Virus record (IMG/VR): IMGVR_UViG_3300043392_000054
Span: 64,001 to 128,000 of that record
Length of the DNA stretch: 64,000 nt
DNA from: a virus
Direction: 5' to 3' (one strand)
Shown: piece after piece, positions 37,464 through 46,034 of the stretch
Numbering within the stretch: the first letter of the stretch is position 1
How the letters are laid out: each line of letters begins with the position of its first letter
Program-made: the position numbers and the translations under genes
Notes under the pieces: model-generated
Seen by the model: only the letters and a program-made list of their open reading frames with translations
The model's database searches: none
What the model was told of the DNA's origin: nothing

Positions 37464-39085
37464 TGGAATTAAAAAAATATACGTATAGTAAATTTTGGTT
37501 AGCAGAGCAATTTGATTTTGATAAATTACCCGTTTCTCATAATCTCATAAAGAATACTGGTAAATCAGTTGCAATTACATATCATTTATGGAATACAGAG
37601 GCATATATGCCTTATATCTATTATTCTATTTTATCACAATTAGCATATACTGATGCTAGTAAAGAAGCAGACATATATCTTTTTGTTCAAGAAGAATTTT
37701 ATGACTATACGGTATACGTATTTAGAAATCTTCTAGATAAAAACTGTATAATTAAAGTAAGCCGTGAGGAGGCACAAAAAGATAATACTCTTGCAAATTC
37801 TATTTTACAAAATTATGAAGTTGTAATAAGTTGTGATGCAGATTTATTTTTTAAATCAAATGATAACTTTAATAGTTTTGAATTCTATAGAAGATTAAAA
37901 AAATACTATGAAAACTATGAAGGTATTATAGTAGATGAAATTCACGAAGAATTACTAAAGTTACCTATATTTATTTATAAACCAAATCGTAATATAGCAT
38001 GGCCAGCCTCATGGCCACCTAAAAGAGGTATGAGCATAATATATTTAGATGTATTTGATTCAGAACTAAAATTTTCAAAGCTTCTTATAAAAGGAAATGA
38101 ATTTAATACAGATAATTTAAATGTATTAAAGCAGATAGAAAGGGATTTTAAAATTAAAAGAAATAAGGAAAATACAAATTTAGTTGTTTCTAGAAGTTGG
38201 AGAGAATTTAAAGAACAACAGTTTGTAGCTATATGTGAACTAGTAAATAAATTTGAAGATTATAAACTAGATATTCATATTAACATAAATTTAGAAATAG
38301 ACCAAGTCTTGTTAAAGAAACTTGATAATTATTTATTAGAATCTGGTCATGTTTTGACTATTTATACTGATAATGAATTAGACCAATATGCATTAAAAAA
38401 TGGAGCAACCCAATCACATTTAGCTAAGTTTAAAGAATGGGGTTGGATTTATCATTTGTTATTATACCATAAATTATATTATGAATTTGGTGTAAATTAT
38501 CTGTTAACATACGATGATGATATTTTCTTTAATGAAAAACCAATTGGTGAATTATTGTATCTTGTAAATAATCAGGTTCCTTTTGCATGCGCTGACCAAT
38601 ATGCAGATTCAGATAAATGTATGATGGGTAAATTATGCGTTTTATTTGGAGCAGAAATCAATGATGAGTATTACGCAAATACATCTGCTTTATATTCTAC
38701 TAACTCTGGCTTAATGGGGCTTGATAATACTATGTTTAGTAAATTTGAAACCGGAGATAATTTTAGAAAGATGCTAGACCTGTTTGAATATAGAAAATGG
38801 GACCATAAAACTATGTCAAATTTAGGTTATGATGATTATAAAATACTTCTACAAGAACAGTCTTTTTTGGGCATCTTAAACAGAGTTTTTAGTAATAGAA
38901 CGCATAGAATCTTAGATGAACATGATGAATATATTATTTCATCAGACTTAGAACAAATTAGAAAATCAAAAGTCGAACATTATGTGAGTGTCTCTAAATA
39001 TAGTGATGAATACTCACAAAAATTACAAAACAAATTAATAGAATACACAAATAAAATTGAAACTTTATTAAATCAATTGGTATAA
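37463..39085 (+). CDS. two-domain GT-A-like protein
   Basis: CDADLFF and TYDDDIFF motifs, NSGLMG, QEQSFLG. Confidence 0.55.
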   Translation: MELKKYTYSKFWLAEQFDFDKLPVSHNLIKNTGKSVAITYHLWNTEAYMPYIYYSILSQLAYTDASKEADIYLFVQEEFYDYTVYVFRNLLDKNCIIKVSREEAQKDNTLANSILQNYEVVISCDADLFFKSNDNFNSFEFYRRLKKYYENYEGIIVDEIHEELLKLPIFIYKPNRNIAWPASWPPKRGMSIIYLDVFDSELKFSKLLIKGNEFNTDNLNVLKQIERDFKIKRNKENTNLVVSRSWREFKEQQFVAICELVNKFEDYKLDIHININLEIDQVLLKKLDNYLLESGHVLTIYTDNELDQYALKNGATQSHLAKFKEWGWIYHLLLYHKLYYEFGVNYLLTYDDDIFFNEKPIGELLYLVNNQVPFACADQYADSDKCMMGKLCVLFGAEINDEYYANTSALYSTNSGLMGLDNTMFSKFETGDNFRKMLDLFEYRKWDHKTMSNLGYDDYKILLQEQSFLGILNRVFSNRTHRILDEHDEYIISSDLEQIRKSKVEHYVSVSKYSDEYSQKLQNKLIEYTNKIETLLNQLV

Positions 39086-39086
39086 T
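39058..39086 (+). promoter_or_regulatory. class II promoter upstream of the DUF2828 gene
   Basis: TGAAAC-N17-TATAAT. Confidence 0.65.
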
Positions 39087-39109
39087 TTAAGAATTTAATC
39101 AATATCAAC

Positions 39110-40552
39110 ATGAATTTCGTAGACGCTTTAAGACAAGAAAATATGACAACCGAGAATGGTATGACTACTAACTCAACGTCACTAAACGCATGTGTTGACA
39201 TGTTCTTTAATATTGGGGCGATGCGAGCTTTAGATAAACAACGTTTAATTGCAGAATTTTCTAAAGCATTTAATGAAGATTCAACAAGAGCATTAAAGAT
39301 TCTTTTTTGGGCTCGTGATGTTAGAGGTGGTGCTGGAGAACGTCAAATCTTTCGTGATATTATTCAATACATGGCTGAAAATCATACATCGGCTCTACAA
39401 AATAACATTCAATATATTCCATTATATGGTCGTTGGGACGACTTATTAAGTTTAGTTGGTACTCGTCTTGAAAAACAAGCATTTGAATTTATTCAAATGG
39501 GTCTTAGTGCTAAAGATGGACTTGCAGCTAAATGGATGCCACGTAAAGGCCAAATTGCTGAAAAATTACGTAAGTTTATGGGCATGTCTCCAAAACAATA
39601 TCGTAAAACATTAGTTAATTTAACTAATGTAGTTGAAACTAAAATGTGTGCAAAAGAATGGGATGCAATCGATTTCGGTAAGATTCCTTCGTTAGCATCA
39701 GCACGTTATCAAAAAGCTTTCGGTAGAAATGCTTATGAAAAATATTCACAATACATTCAATCCTTACAAAAAGGAGAGGCTAAAATTAATGCAGGTGCAG
39801 TATATCCTTATGATGTAGTTAAGTCTTTAAATCATGGAAACTGGGAAGTTGCAAATGAGCAATGGAAAGCTCTACCAAATTGGATGGAAGGCTCGAACGA
39901 AATGTTATTACCATTGGTGGACGTTTCTGGTTCAATGTCAACTTCAGCTGGTGGAAATCCAAATGTGACTTGTATGGATGTTGCAATCTCTTTAGGTCTT
40001 TACATTTCTGAAAAGAATGAAGGTCCTTTTAAAGATGCGTTTATTACATTCTCTGCTAATCCTGAATTACAAGTATTAAGTGGCTCATTAAAGGAACGCT
40101 ACACACAGATGAAAGGTGCCGACTGGGGCATGAACACAAATCTTGAGGCAGCCTTTAAACTGATTTTAAATCAGGCCACTCGTCATTCATTATCTCAAGA
40201 AGATATGCCAAGCAAACTCTTAATCTTATCAGATATGGAATTTGACGAAGCTACAAGTGCTCGAGGAGGTTGGTTTGCTCCAAATGAAGAAAATGTTAAT
40301 TGGAATCCAACTGCACAGCAAATGATTGAACAAATGTATGCAGACGCAGGTTATGCAATGCCTCAAATTGTATACTGGAACATTCAATCCAGAAATGGTG
40401 GTGTGCCAGTTGCATTTGACAAAGAGGGAACTGCTTTAGTATCAGGATTCTCTCCAGCAATTATGACCTCTTTAATTAAAGGTGAAATTACTTCAGCTCA
40501 ACAAATAATGGATACAACCATTATGAGTGAGAGATACGCAAATATTGGTTAA
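39110..40552 (+). CDS. DUF2828-family TROVE/Ro-like protein with vWA domain
   Basis: TENG, FWARDVRGGAGER, YGRWDDL, AKWMPRK, MIDAS DVSGSM, GMNTNL, SDMEFD, WNI, LVSGFSP. Confidence 0.88.
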   Translation: MNFVDALRQENMTTENGMTTNSTSLNACVDMFFNIGAMRALDKQRLIAEFSKAFNEDSTRALKILFWARDVRGGAGERQIFRDIIQYMAENHTSALQNNIQYIPLYGRWDDLLSLVGTRLEKQAFEFIQMGLSAKDGLAAKWMPRKGQIAEKLRKFMGMSPKQYRKTLVNLTNVVETKMCAKEWDAIDFGKIPSLASARYQKAFGRNAYEKYSQYIQSLQKGEAKINAGAVYPYDVVKSLNHGNWEVANEQWKALPNWMEGSNEMLLPLVDVSGSMSTSAGGNPNVTCMDVAISLGLYISEKNEGPFKDAFITFSANPELQVLSGSLKERYTQMKGADWGMNTNLEAAFKLILNQATRHSLSQEDMPSKLLILSDMEFDEATSARGGWFAPNEENVNWNPTAQQMIEQMYADAGYAMPQIVYWNIQSRNGGVPVAFDKEGTALVSGFSPAIMTSLIKGEITSAQQIMDTTIMSERYANIG

Positions 40553-40565
40553 TATATAAAAATAT

Positions 40566-40617
40566 TGGTTCCTTACAGCAAATTATAAAACTATATGGCT
40601 TAGAAAAGGGGAACCAG
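40566..40617 (+). ncRNA. putative small RNA unit 1 (stem + TACAGCAA)
   Basis: TGGTTCC 40566-72 pairs with GGAACCA 40610-16; TTACAGCAA follows the 5' strand; late-like box AATATATA at 40551. Confidence 0.6.
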
Positions 40618-40618
40618 A

Positions 40619-40870
40619 TGGAACGATACAGCAAAAAGTATCTAAATTCTATGATCAGGTTGGGAACTAGTGTGGAGCGCAAGCGATGAAGCACCCCGAC
40701 GAGACCCGGAGAATAGTGCCCTGGTTTAAAACTAAAAGTCACGTCATCAACTTCTCATTGTAGGTGAAGAAGCCCAAAACCGTCGAAGTATAGTAGACCG
40801 TTGAAGCAGAAGCCGAAGATGTAAAAAGAGATATAGCTGCCGAGCTGAATAAAGACGAACTTCGTTCCAG
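40619..40870 (+). ncRNA. putative RNA unit 2 (same frame as unit 1, with ~228-nt structured insert)
   Basis: TGGAACG 40619-25 pairs with CGTTCCA 40863-69; ATACAGCAA follows the 5' strand; non-coding, GC-enriched, several hairpins. Confidence 0.6.
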
Positions 40871-40878
40871 TTAAATTT

Positions 40879-40922
40879 AATCCTGAAAAAAACTTTGAAA
40901 AAAGTTGCTTCAGGATTTTTTT
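40879..40922 (+). terminator. terminator closing the RNA locus, overlapping the next class I promoter
   Basis: AATCCTGAA / TTCAGGATT stem plus T-tract; TATATTTA box at 40940-47. Confidence 0.75.
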
Positions 40923-40969
40923 ATGTCGAATCTTTTTAGTATATTTACAGTATACTAATAAACAAAGAC

Positions 40970-41428
40970 ATGGAAAAATTAACTTACATCAAAACATCTG
41001 AAGCTATTGAAGGTTATGCTGATTCTTTAATTGCTAAAAATGAGTACAATGATTGTGTTGTTAGAGCTTTTGCTTCATCAATTGAAATGCCGTATGAAAA
41101 AGCACATGCTTTTGTTACAAAAACGTTTAAAAGAAAACCTAAAAAAGGAGTTCCAACATTTCCTTTAATAAACTGGTTAAAAGAAAATTATCAAATTATT
41201 GGAGATAAAAGAACCACTTTTAGTAAATATGAATCTCCGTGTACCTATTATAAAGAACGTAGATTTCAAATGAGTGTTGGTAAATTTGCAAAATTACATC
41301 CAGTTGGAAATTATTTCTTATTAGTTAGCGGCCATGCTTTTACAATTAAAGATGGTTGTGTAATTGGAAATGTTGCAGATGCAATGAAACCCAGAACTAT
41401 TGTACAATTTGCATTTAAAATAAAATAA
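40970..41428 (+). CDS. hypothetical protein, possibly papain-like (Cys/His)
   Basis: NDCVVRAFA...GHAFTIKDG. Confidence 0.7.
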   Translation: MEKLTYIKTSEAIEGYADSLIAKNEYNDCVVRAFASSIEMPYEKAHAFVTKTFKRKPKKGVPTFPLINWLKENYQIIGDKRTTFSKYESPCTYYKERRFQMSVGKFAKLHPVGNYFLLVSGHAFTIKDGCVIGNVADAMKPRTIVQFAFKIK

Positions 41429-41432
41429 CAAA

Positions 41433-42173
41433 ATGAAAATAGTTACAATCTCAGATACACATAATTCTCATTATGCTTTACGCGGAGAATTTGAATTACC
41501 AGATGGAGACTTATTAATCCATGCTGGTGATTTTACTATGTATGGTTATAAGCATGAAGTAGAAAGCTTTTTTTCATTCTTAAAAAAACAAGTTCATAAA
41601 TATAAATACGGGATTGTGTTTATTGCAGGCAATCATGACCGTTCATTTGACCCTAAATATTTTAAGGAATATGAAGACCATGACCTATTTTCAAAACATA
41701 TAGAGCCAGATAAACCTTATTGGTTACAGAATTTAATAAAAGGACTTCCAGATAATATACATTATTTAGAGAATTCATCTATTGAAATTAATGGTGTTAA
41801 TATTTGGGGCTCTCCTATTACACCTTGGTTTTTTGGAGACCGTTGGGCTTTTAATTCGCATCGCCATGAAATTGAAAAGTATTGGGAAACTATACCGAAT
41901 AACACTGATATAATAGTAACTCATGGTCCTTGTTTTGGTAAATTAGACCGAGTTAAAGATGGTCTTAATGTTGGTTGTGAAGCTTTGCTAGAACGAGTAG
42001 AAGAAATACAGCCAGTGTTGCATATTTCTGGCCATATTCATGAGGGTTATGGAAGTTCTAGAAATGAAACAACTGATTTTATTAATGCTAGTTTTTTAGA
42101 TGAAAGATATTTTAATAAACACACAGCTATTACATATGAAATTTACGGACCTAATTCAGACTATATAAAATAA
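41433..42173 (+). CDS. metallophosphoesterase (calcineurin-like)
   Basis: ISDTHN, HAGDFT, AGNHD, THGP, GHIHE. Confidence 0.92.
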   Translation: MKIVTISDTHNSHYALRGEFELPDGDLLIHAGDFTMYGYKHEVESFFSFLKKQVHKYKYGIVFIAGNHDRSFDPKYFKEYEDHDLFSKHIEPDKPYWLQNLIKGLPDNIHYLENSSIEINGVNIWGSPITPWFFGDRWAFNSHRHEIEKYWETIPNNTDIIVTHGPCFGKLDRVKDGLNVGCEALLERVEEIQPVLHISGHIHEGYGSSRNETTDFINASFLDERYFNKHTAITYEIYGPNSDYIK

Positions 42174-42892
42174 TGAAAGATATTGCAATTTGTTTATTGG
42201 CATTTAAGGCACCAACAAGAGATATGAATGTCTTGGAAACAGAAGCCGATAATTTTTATCTTGAATCTGCAAAAAGACTAATCAAAAGAATCAATAAACA
42301 TTCGACTGCAGGTGTTTGTTTAATGACAAATATACCTTCTTATTTTCAAGATGTAGAAGTTGACATGTTAGTCGAAACTGAAGATGTTACAGCATATACT
42401 GATAAAATCAAAATATGTGAATATGCTTTATATGAATATAAAACAGCATTATATGTAGATTCTGACTGTAGATTTTTTATTGATATGATACCCGAACTAG
42501 ACTGGGAGCCTGGCTTTCATTCAGTTGGTGGTTGGTTTACTAATAATGATACAGCAGATTCTATTAAGTCTATTAGTTATTTTAAGTCAATTAGAGATTA
42601 TTGTGAATTAACAGGTCTTAATTTCGATAAAGCTCCATTGATTAATGAAAGGATGTTTGCAATTACGGGTCGTAAAGAACATAAAGCTTTTTTTGAATTG
42701 TATAAAGAATTAGCAGAAATTACAAAAGCAAATGATATGCAATTAGGTAATTATCCTATTGGCCGAGGGGAGGGTTTAGCAATGGGCCTTTCTATTCTTA
42801 ATTCTAAAATTAAATGGAATGATAAAAGTGATTCTATCATGAAATTGTATTCAACTTTAAGACATAATCCACAAAATGATGAAAATAAGTAG
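42173..42892 (+). CDS. GT-A-like glycosyltransferase
   Basis: DKIK...ALYVDSDC (DxD), GEG.AMG. Confidence 0.55.
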   Translation: MKDIAICLLAFKAPTRDMNVLETEADNFYLESAKRLIKRINKHSTAGVCLMTNIPSYFQDVEVDMLVETEDVTAYTDKIKICEYALYEYKTALYVDSDCRFFIDMIPELDWEPGFHSVGGWFTNNDTADSIKSISYFKSIRDYCELTGLNFDKAPLINERMFAITGRKEHKAFFELYKELAEITKANDMQLGNYPIGRGEGLAMGLSILNSKIKWNDKSDSIMKLYSTLRHNPQNDENK

Positions 42893-42898
42893 TCATTA

Positions 42899-42938
42899 AT
42901 TTTTTTATTTCAAGAATTATAGTTATATTTGCTTATCA
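42899..42938 (+). repeat. 40-bp class I promoter, exact copy of 45107..45146
   Basis: ATTTTTTTATTTCAAGAATTATAGTTATATTTGCTTATCA at both sites. Confidence 0.9.
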
Positions 42939-42951
42939 AACAAAATAAAAG

Positions 42952-43800
42952 ATGATAAAATTAGACTTAGTAAACGCAGAAAAATCCGAGATTAAATATA
43001 AAATTAGTCAATTTCCGGATGGACAACAAACTATCGACCTAACGGAATGGAGCGCAATTGAGAGATATACTGACGTAATTCGTATTCATACACGCTTAAG
43101 TTCGTTTAAAGACGTTGAACTTTTAATTTGTGCAACACAAGCACTTCGTAATTTCACAGACCGTCCTATTACCCTATATGCACCTTATTTTTTAGGTTCA
43201 CGTTCAGACCGTAGATTTCAAAAAGGCGGAGTTAATTACTTAAAGCAGGTGATTTGTCCAATTATTAACTCATTGAATTTCGCAGAGGTTGCAGTATTAG
43301 ACCCACATTCAGACGTATTAGAAGCATGTTTAAATAATTATATAAAAGTTCCTAATCATATTATGGTTAAACATGCTCTAAAGGATATTAACGTAGATAA
43401 AAGTCAAATTTGTCTAGTAAGTCCTGATGCTGGAGCCTATAAGAAAATCTTTGATGTTGCAAAAGAATTTGGCATTGAGAAAATTATCACCGCTAATAAA
43501 GTACGTGACATGAAAACCGGAGAGATTCTTCAAACAGAAATTCCAACCCTGGACCAACACAATGATATTAAATATATTGTCATTGACGATATTTGTGATG
43601 GCGGCAGAACTTTTGTAGAATTAGCAAATGCAATCAAATGGGGTAGACCGAGCGCTCAAATTTATTTAGTCGTAACTCATGGCATTTTTAGTGCTGGATA
43701 TACTAAACTAGAAGAGTGTTTTGAAAGCATTTATACCACCAATTCTTACAAAGACATTGAAGGTGCTTCCGATAAAGTAAAACAATTTAATGTATTTTAA
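42952..43800 (+). CDS. prs: ribose-phosphate pyrophosphokinase-like protein (candidate ADPR-PP synthetase)
   Basis: FPDGQ, PYF.GSRSDR, LDPHSD, VSPDAGA.KK, K.RD..TG.I, IDDICDGGRTF, VTHGIFS. Confidence 0.9.
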   Translation: MIKLDLVNAEKSEIKYKISQFPDGQQTIDLTEWSAIERYTDVIRIHTRLSSFKDVELLICATQALRNFTDRPITLYAPYFLGSRSDRRFQKGGVNYLKQVICPIINSLNFAEVAVLDPHSDVLEACLNNYIKVPNHIMVKHALKDINVDKSQICLVSPDAGAYKKIFDVAKEFGIEKIITANKVRDMKTGEILQTEIPTLDQHNDIKYIVIDDICDGGRTFVELANAIKWGRPSAQIYLVVTHGIFSAGYTKLEECFESIYTTNSYKDIEGASDKVKQFNVF

Positions 43801-43817
43801 TATAAAATATAAAAACA

Positions 43818-44117
43818 ATGAGACGAACTGGTAAAACAACAAGAATTGCAAATTATGCAATTGACCAACTTCTAAGTTGTGGCAATGTAGTAGTTGCAGA
43901 CCACTCTGCGTTTGAAACGAATTATCCAGCCCATCCACAAGAACATTTAATTAATATGGTACTTGAAATTTGGGATAAATGTTACGCTAAAATATCACCA
44001 AATATTGAAGTAGATGTTAAAATGCATGCACTTCGGGATTTTGATAAATTTATAAGAGTTATTCATTTTAGTTTAAAACATAAAGAACCAATTACTGGCT
44101 CAGAACCTACGTTATGA
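43818..44117 (+). CDS. hypothetical protein with N-terminal P-loop-like motif
   Basis: RRTGKTT. Confidence 0.7.
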   Translation: MRRTGKTTRIANYAIDQLLSCGNVVVADHSAFETNYPAHPQEHLINMVLEIWDKCYAKISPNIEVDVKMHALRDFDKFIRVIHFSLKHKEPITGSEPTL

Positions 44118-44635
44118 AATCAATAGAAATTAGTGATGAAATGTATGATAAGCTCATTACACTTGCAACGGAAATGACAACGCAAGACCCAAGAGCTACG
44201 AGAATGCCATATCTTTTTCAAATCAGAGATTGGAAACGTGTTTATGATTGGGATTTAAATGGAAATACAACATGTTGGGTAGATACCAATGGTGATTTTT
44301 GTGTTGTAGAAACTTTAGAAGATTTAAAAGATTATTTAGAAAGATATGGCATTATTCCACCTGAAAATCTAGAAGAATTATGGGAAGATAGTTATAATAT
44401 GCAAGATTGGATTGAAGAGAACTGTGAAGATTTACAAGAATGTTCATATTCAATGGAACCAGTTTATATAAATTCATTCTTAACAGCGAAGGCAGCGCAA
44501 GCACATTTAGATTTAAATGATTATCATTATCATAAAGACGCTGATGTCTATTTGAATCATGCTTGGAGAAATCCAGAAGCAGAATTAGTTTCAGAATTTT
44601 TATGTAGTTTAGTTAATAAAAAAATGCACACTTAA
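44114..44635 (+). CDS. hypothetical protein
   Basis: 173-aa coupled ORF. Confidence 0.8.
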   Translation: MKSIEISDEMYDKLITLATEMTTQDPRATRMPYLFQIRDWKRVYDWDLNGNTTCWVDTNGDFCVVETLEDLKDYLERYGIIPPENLEELWEDSYNMQDWIEENCEDLQECSYSMEPVYINSFLTAKAAQAHLDLNDYHYHKDADVYLNHAWRNPEAELVSEFLCSLVNKKMHT

Positions 44636-44649
44636 AAAAATAAAAAAAG

Positions 44650-44925
44650 ATGGCAATAGGACCAGAACAATTACGTGAAAATTTCATGAAAGAAGTTAAT
44701 GAGTTTGAAGAAATAATAGATTCAAAATTGTTAAAATCTAAATTACAAGGTAAAATCATGATTGATGCTCCAAATGGAATGACAGCATCGCACTTTATAA
44801 TTTTAAAGGACAGATATTTAAAGGCAGGTTGGGATGTGGTTAAACAAGAATTTGGAAACCAGAGAGACCCATGTAATTTAATTGTATTTGGACTAAACTT
44901 TTTCGAGGAAAATGGCACACGCTAA
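44650..44925 (+). CDS. hypothetical protein
   Basis: 91-aa ORF. Confidence 0.75.
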   Translation: MAIGPEQLRENFMKEVNEFEEIIDSKLLKSKLQGKIMIDAPNGMTASHFIILKDRYLKAGWDVVKQEFGNQRDPCNLIVFGLNFFEENGTR

Positions 44926-45100
44926 ACTTCACATGATTTGTGGCAACTGTGGTCAAAATGACATGTTTGACTATCACATTTCTACGGAAATCGATGATGA
45001 CACTGATGAGGAATATCAAGTAGTTTATATCGGTTGCAATAACTGTAATACCCTACACGTCTTAGATGATAACGCAGAATTAATTAAAGAAAATAATTAG
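44912..45100 (+). CDS. small zinc-ribbon protein
   Basis: CGNC...CNNC. Confidence 0.75.
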   Translation: MAHAKLHMICGNCGQNDMFDYHISTEIDDDTDEEYQVVYIGCNNCNTLHVLDDNAELIKENN

Positions 45101-45106
45101 TCAAAT

Positions 45107-45146
45107 ATTTTTTTATTTCAAGAATTATAGTTATATTTGCTTATCA
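45107..45146 (+). repeat. 40-bp class I promoter, exact copy of 42899..42938
   Basis: Exact direct repeat; precedes the NAMPT 5' stub. Confidence 0.9.
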
Positions 45147-45160
45147 TAAAAACATAAGAT

Positions 45161-45226
45161 ATGAATCCTTTATTTTTAACAGATGGTTACATTATCAGAA
45201 GGATACAAAACCTAACAATAAATTAG
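45161..45226 (+). pseudogene. orphaned 5' stub of the NAMPT-like gene
   Basis: Encodes MNPLFLTDGY, identical to residues 6-15 of the 45990 gene, then diverges and stops at TAG 45224-26. Confidence 0.8.
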
Positions 45227-46034
45227 ATATATAAATAAAAACAAATCTTTATGAATTTTTATATTTATAAAATTACTAATTTGATTAATGATAAGATTTA
45301 TATTGGTAAAAGAAAAACTAATAAACTTATCGCAGAAGACGATTATTTTGGTTCTGGCGTGTTAATATTGAAAGCCATTGAAAAATATAAATTAGAGAAT
45401 TTTAAAAAGGAAATATTAGAAGAATGCACTGAAGAATCAATTAATGATAGAGAAATTTATTGGATTAATGTTTATAATTCAAATGACTTAAATGCTGGTT
45501 ATAACATATCTAGCGGCGGTGATGGTGGAGATTTAATATCTAATCATCCAAACCGAGAGGAAATTAGAGAAAGAATAAACAATTCTCTTAAAAATAGAGA
45601 ATTTACAGAAGAGCATAGAAAAAAATTATCAGAATCTAAACAAGGTGGTAAAAATCCAATGTATGGTACAAATCTTACTGAAGAAGAAAAAATACATTTA
45701 AGCACTTTGATAAAAGGTAGAAAAATGTCAAATCAATTTAAAGAAAATGTTTCTAAAGGTAAAAAAGGAGTTAAATTCACAGAAGAACATAAAGCTAATC
45801 TATCTAAGAATCATGCAGATTTTAAAGGTTATAAGCACTCTGAACAAAGTAAAGCAAATATGAGTGCAGCCAAAAAAGGAGCTATTTTAAATAAACCACA
45901 TGAATGTAAAAATTGTGGAAGATTTATATCAAGTATTCATAATTTAAACAAACACTATAATAAATGTATAACTATTAAAAATAAATAAAATGAGTACAAT
46001 ATCAATGAATCCATTATTTCTTACAGACGGTTAT
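45192..46034 (+). mobile_element. homing endonuclease cassette in the 5' end of the NAMPT-like gene, carrying a recoded replacement start; boundaries approximate
   Basis: Stub upstream, own late box at 45226, GIY-YIG ORF, then a synonymous copy of MNPLFLTDGY at 46005-34. Confidence 0.6.
45251..45988 (+). CDS. GIY-YIG homing endonuclease with NUMOD3-like repeats
   Basis: FYIYKITNLIN.KIYIGK, YFGSG, REIYWI, GYNI..GG.GG; FTEEHRKKLSES.QG.KNPMYG and FTEEHKANLS repeats; C-terminal CxxC. Confidence 0.92.
   Translation: MNFYIYKITNLINDKIYIGKRKTNKLIAEDDYFGSGVLILKAIEKYKLENFKKEILEECTEESINDREIYWINVYNSNDLNAGYNISSGGDGGDLISNHPNREEIRERINNSLKNREFTEEHRKKLSESKQGGKNPMYGTNLTEEEKIHLSTLIKGRKMSNQFKENVSKGKKGVKFTEEHKANLSKNHADFKGYKHSEQSKANMSAAKKGAILNKPHECKNCGRFISSIHNLNKHYNKCITIKNK

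Noticed and set aside
40619-40870. tmRNA, RNase P RNA, hammerhead or group II intron
   Set aside because: I could not find a tRNA-like T-arm or tag frame, the GAGGAAAGTCC P4 motif, a CTGATGA/GAAA core, or a domain V hairpin. Left as an unknown RNA.
45187-46031. Group I intron or intein carrying the GIY-YIG gene in NAMPT
   Set aside because: Only ~60 nt precede the ORF and 1 nt follows it, leaving no room for P3-P9. There is an in-frame stop and no intein termini, and the 5' exon is duplicated downstream.
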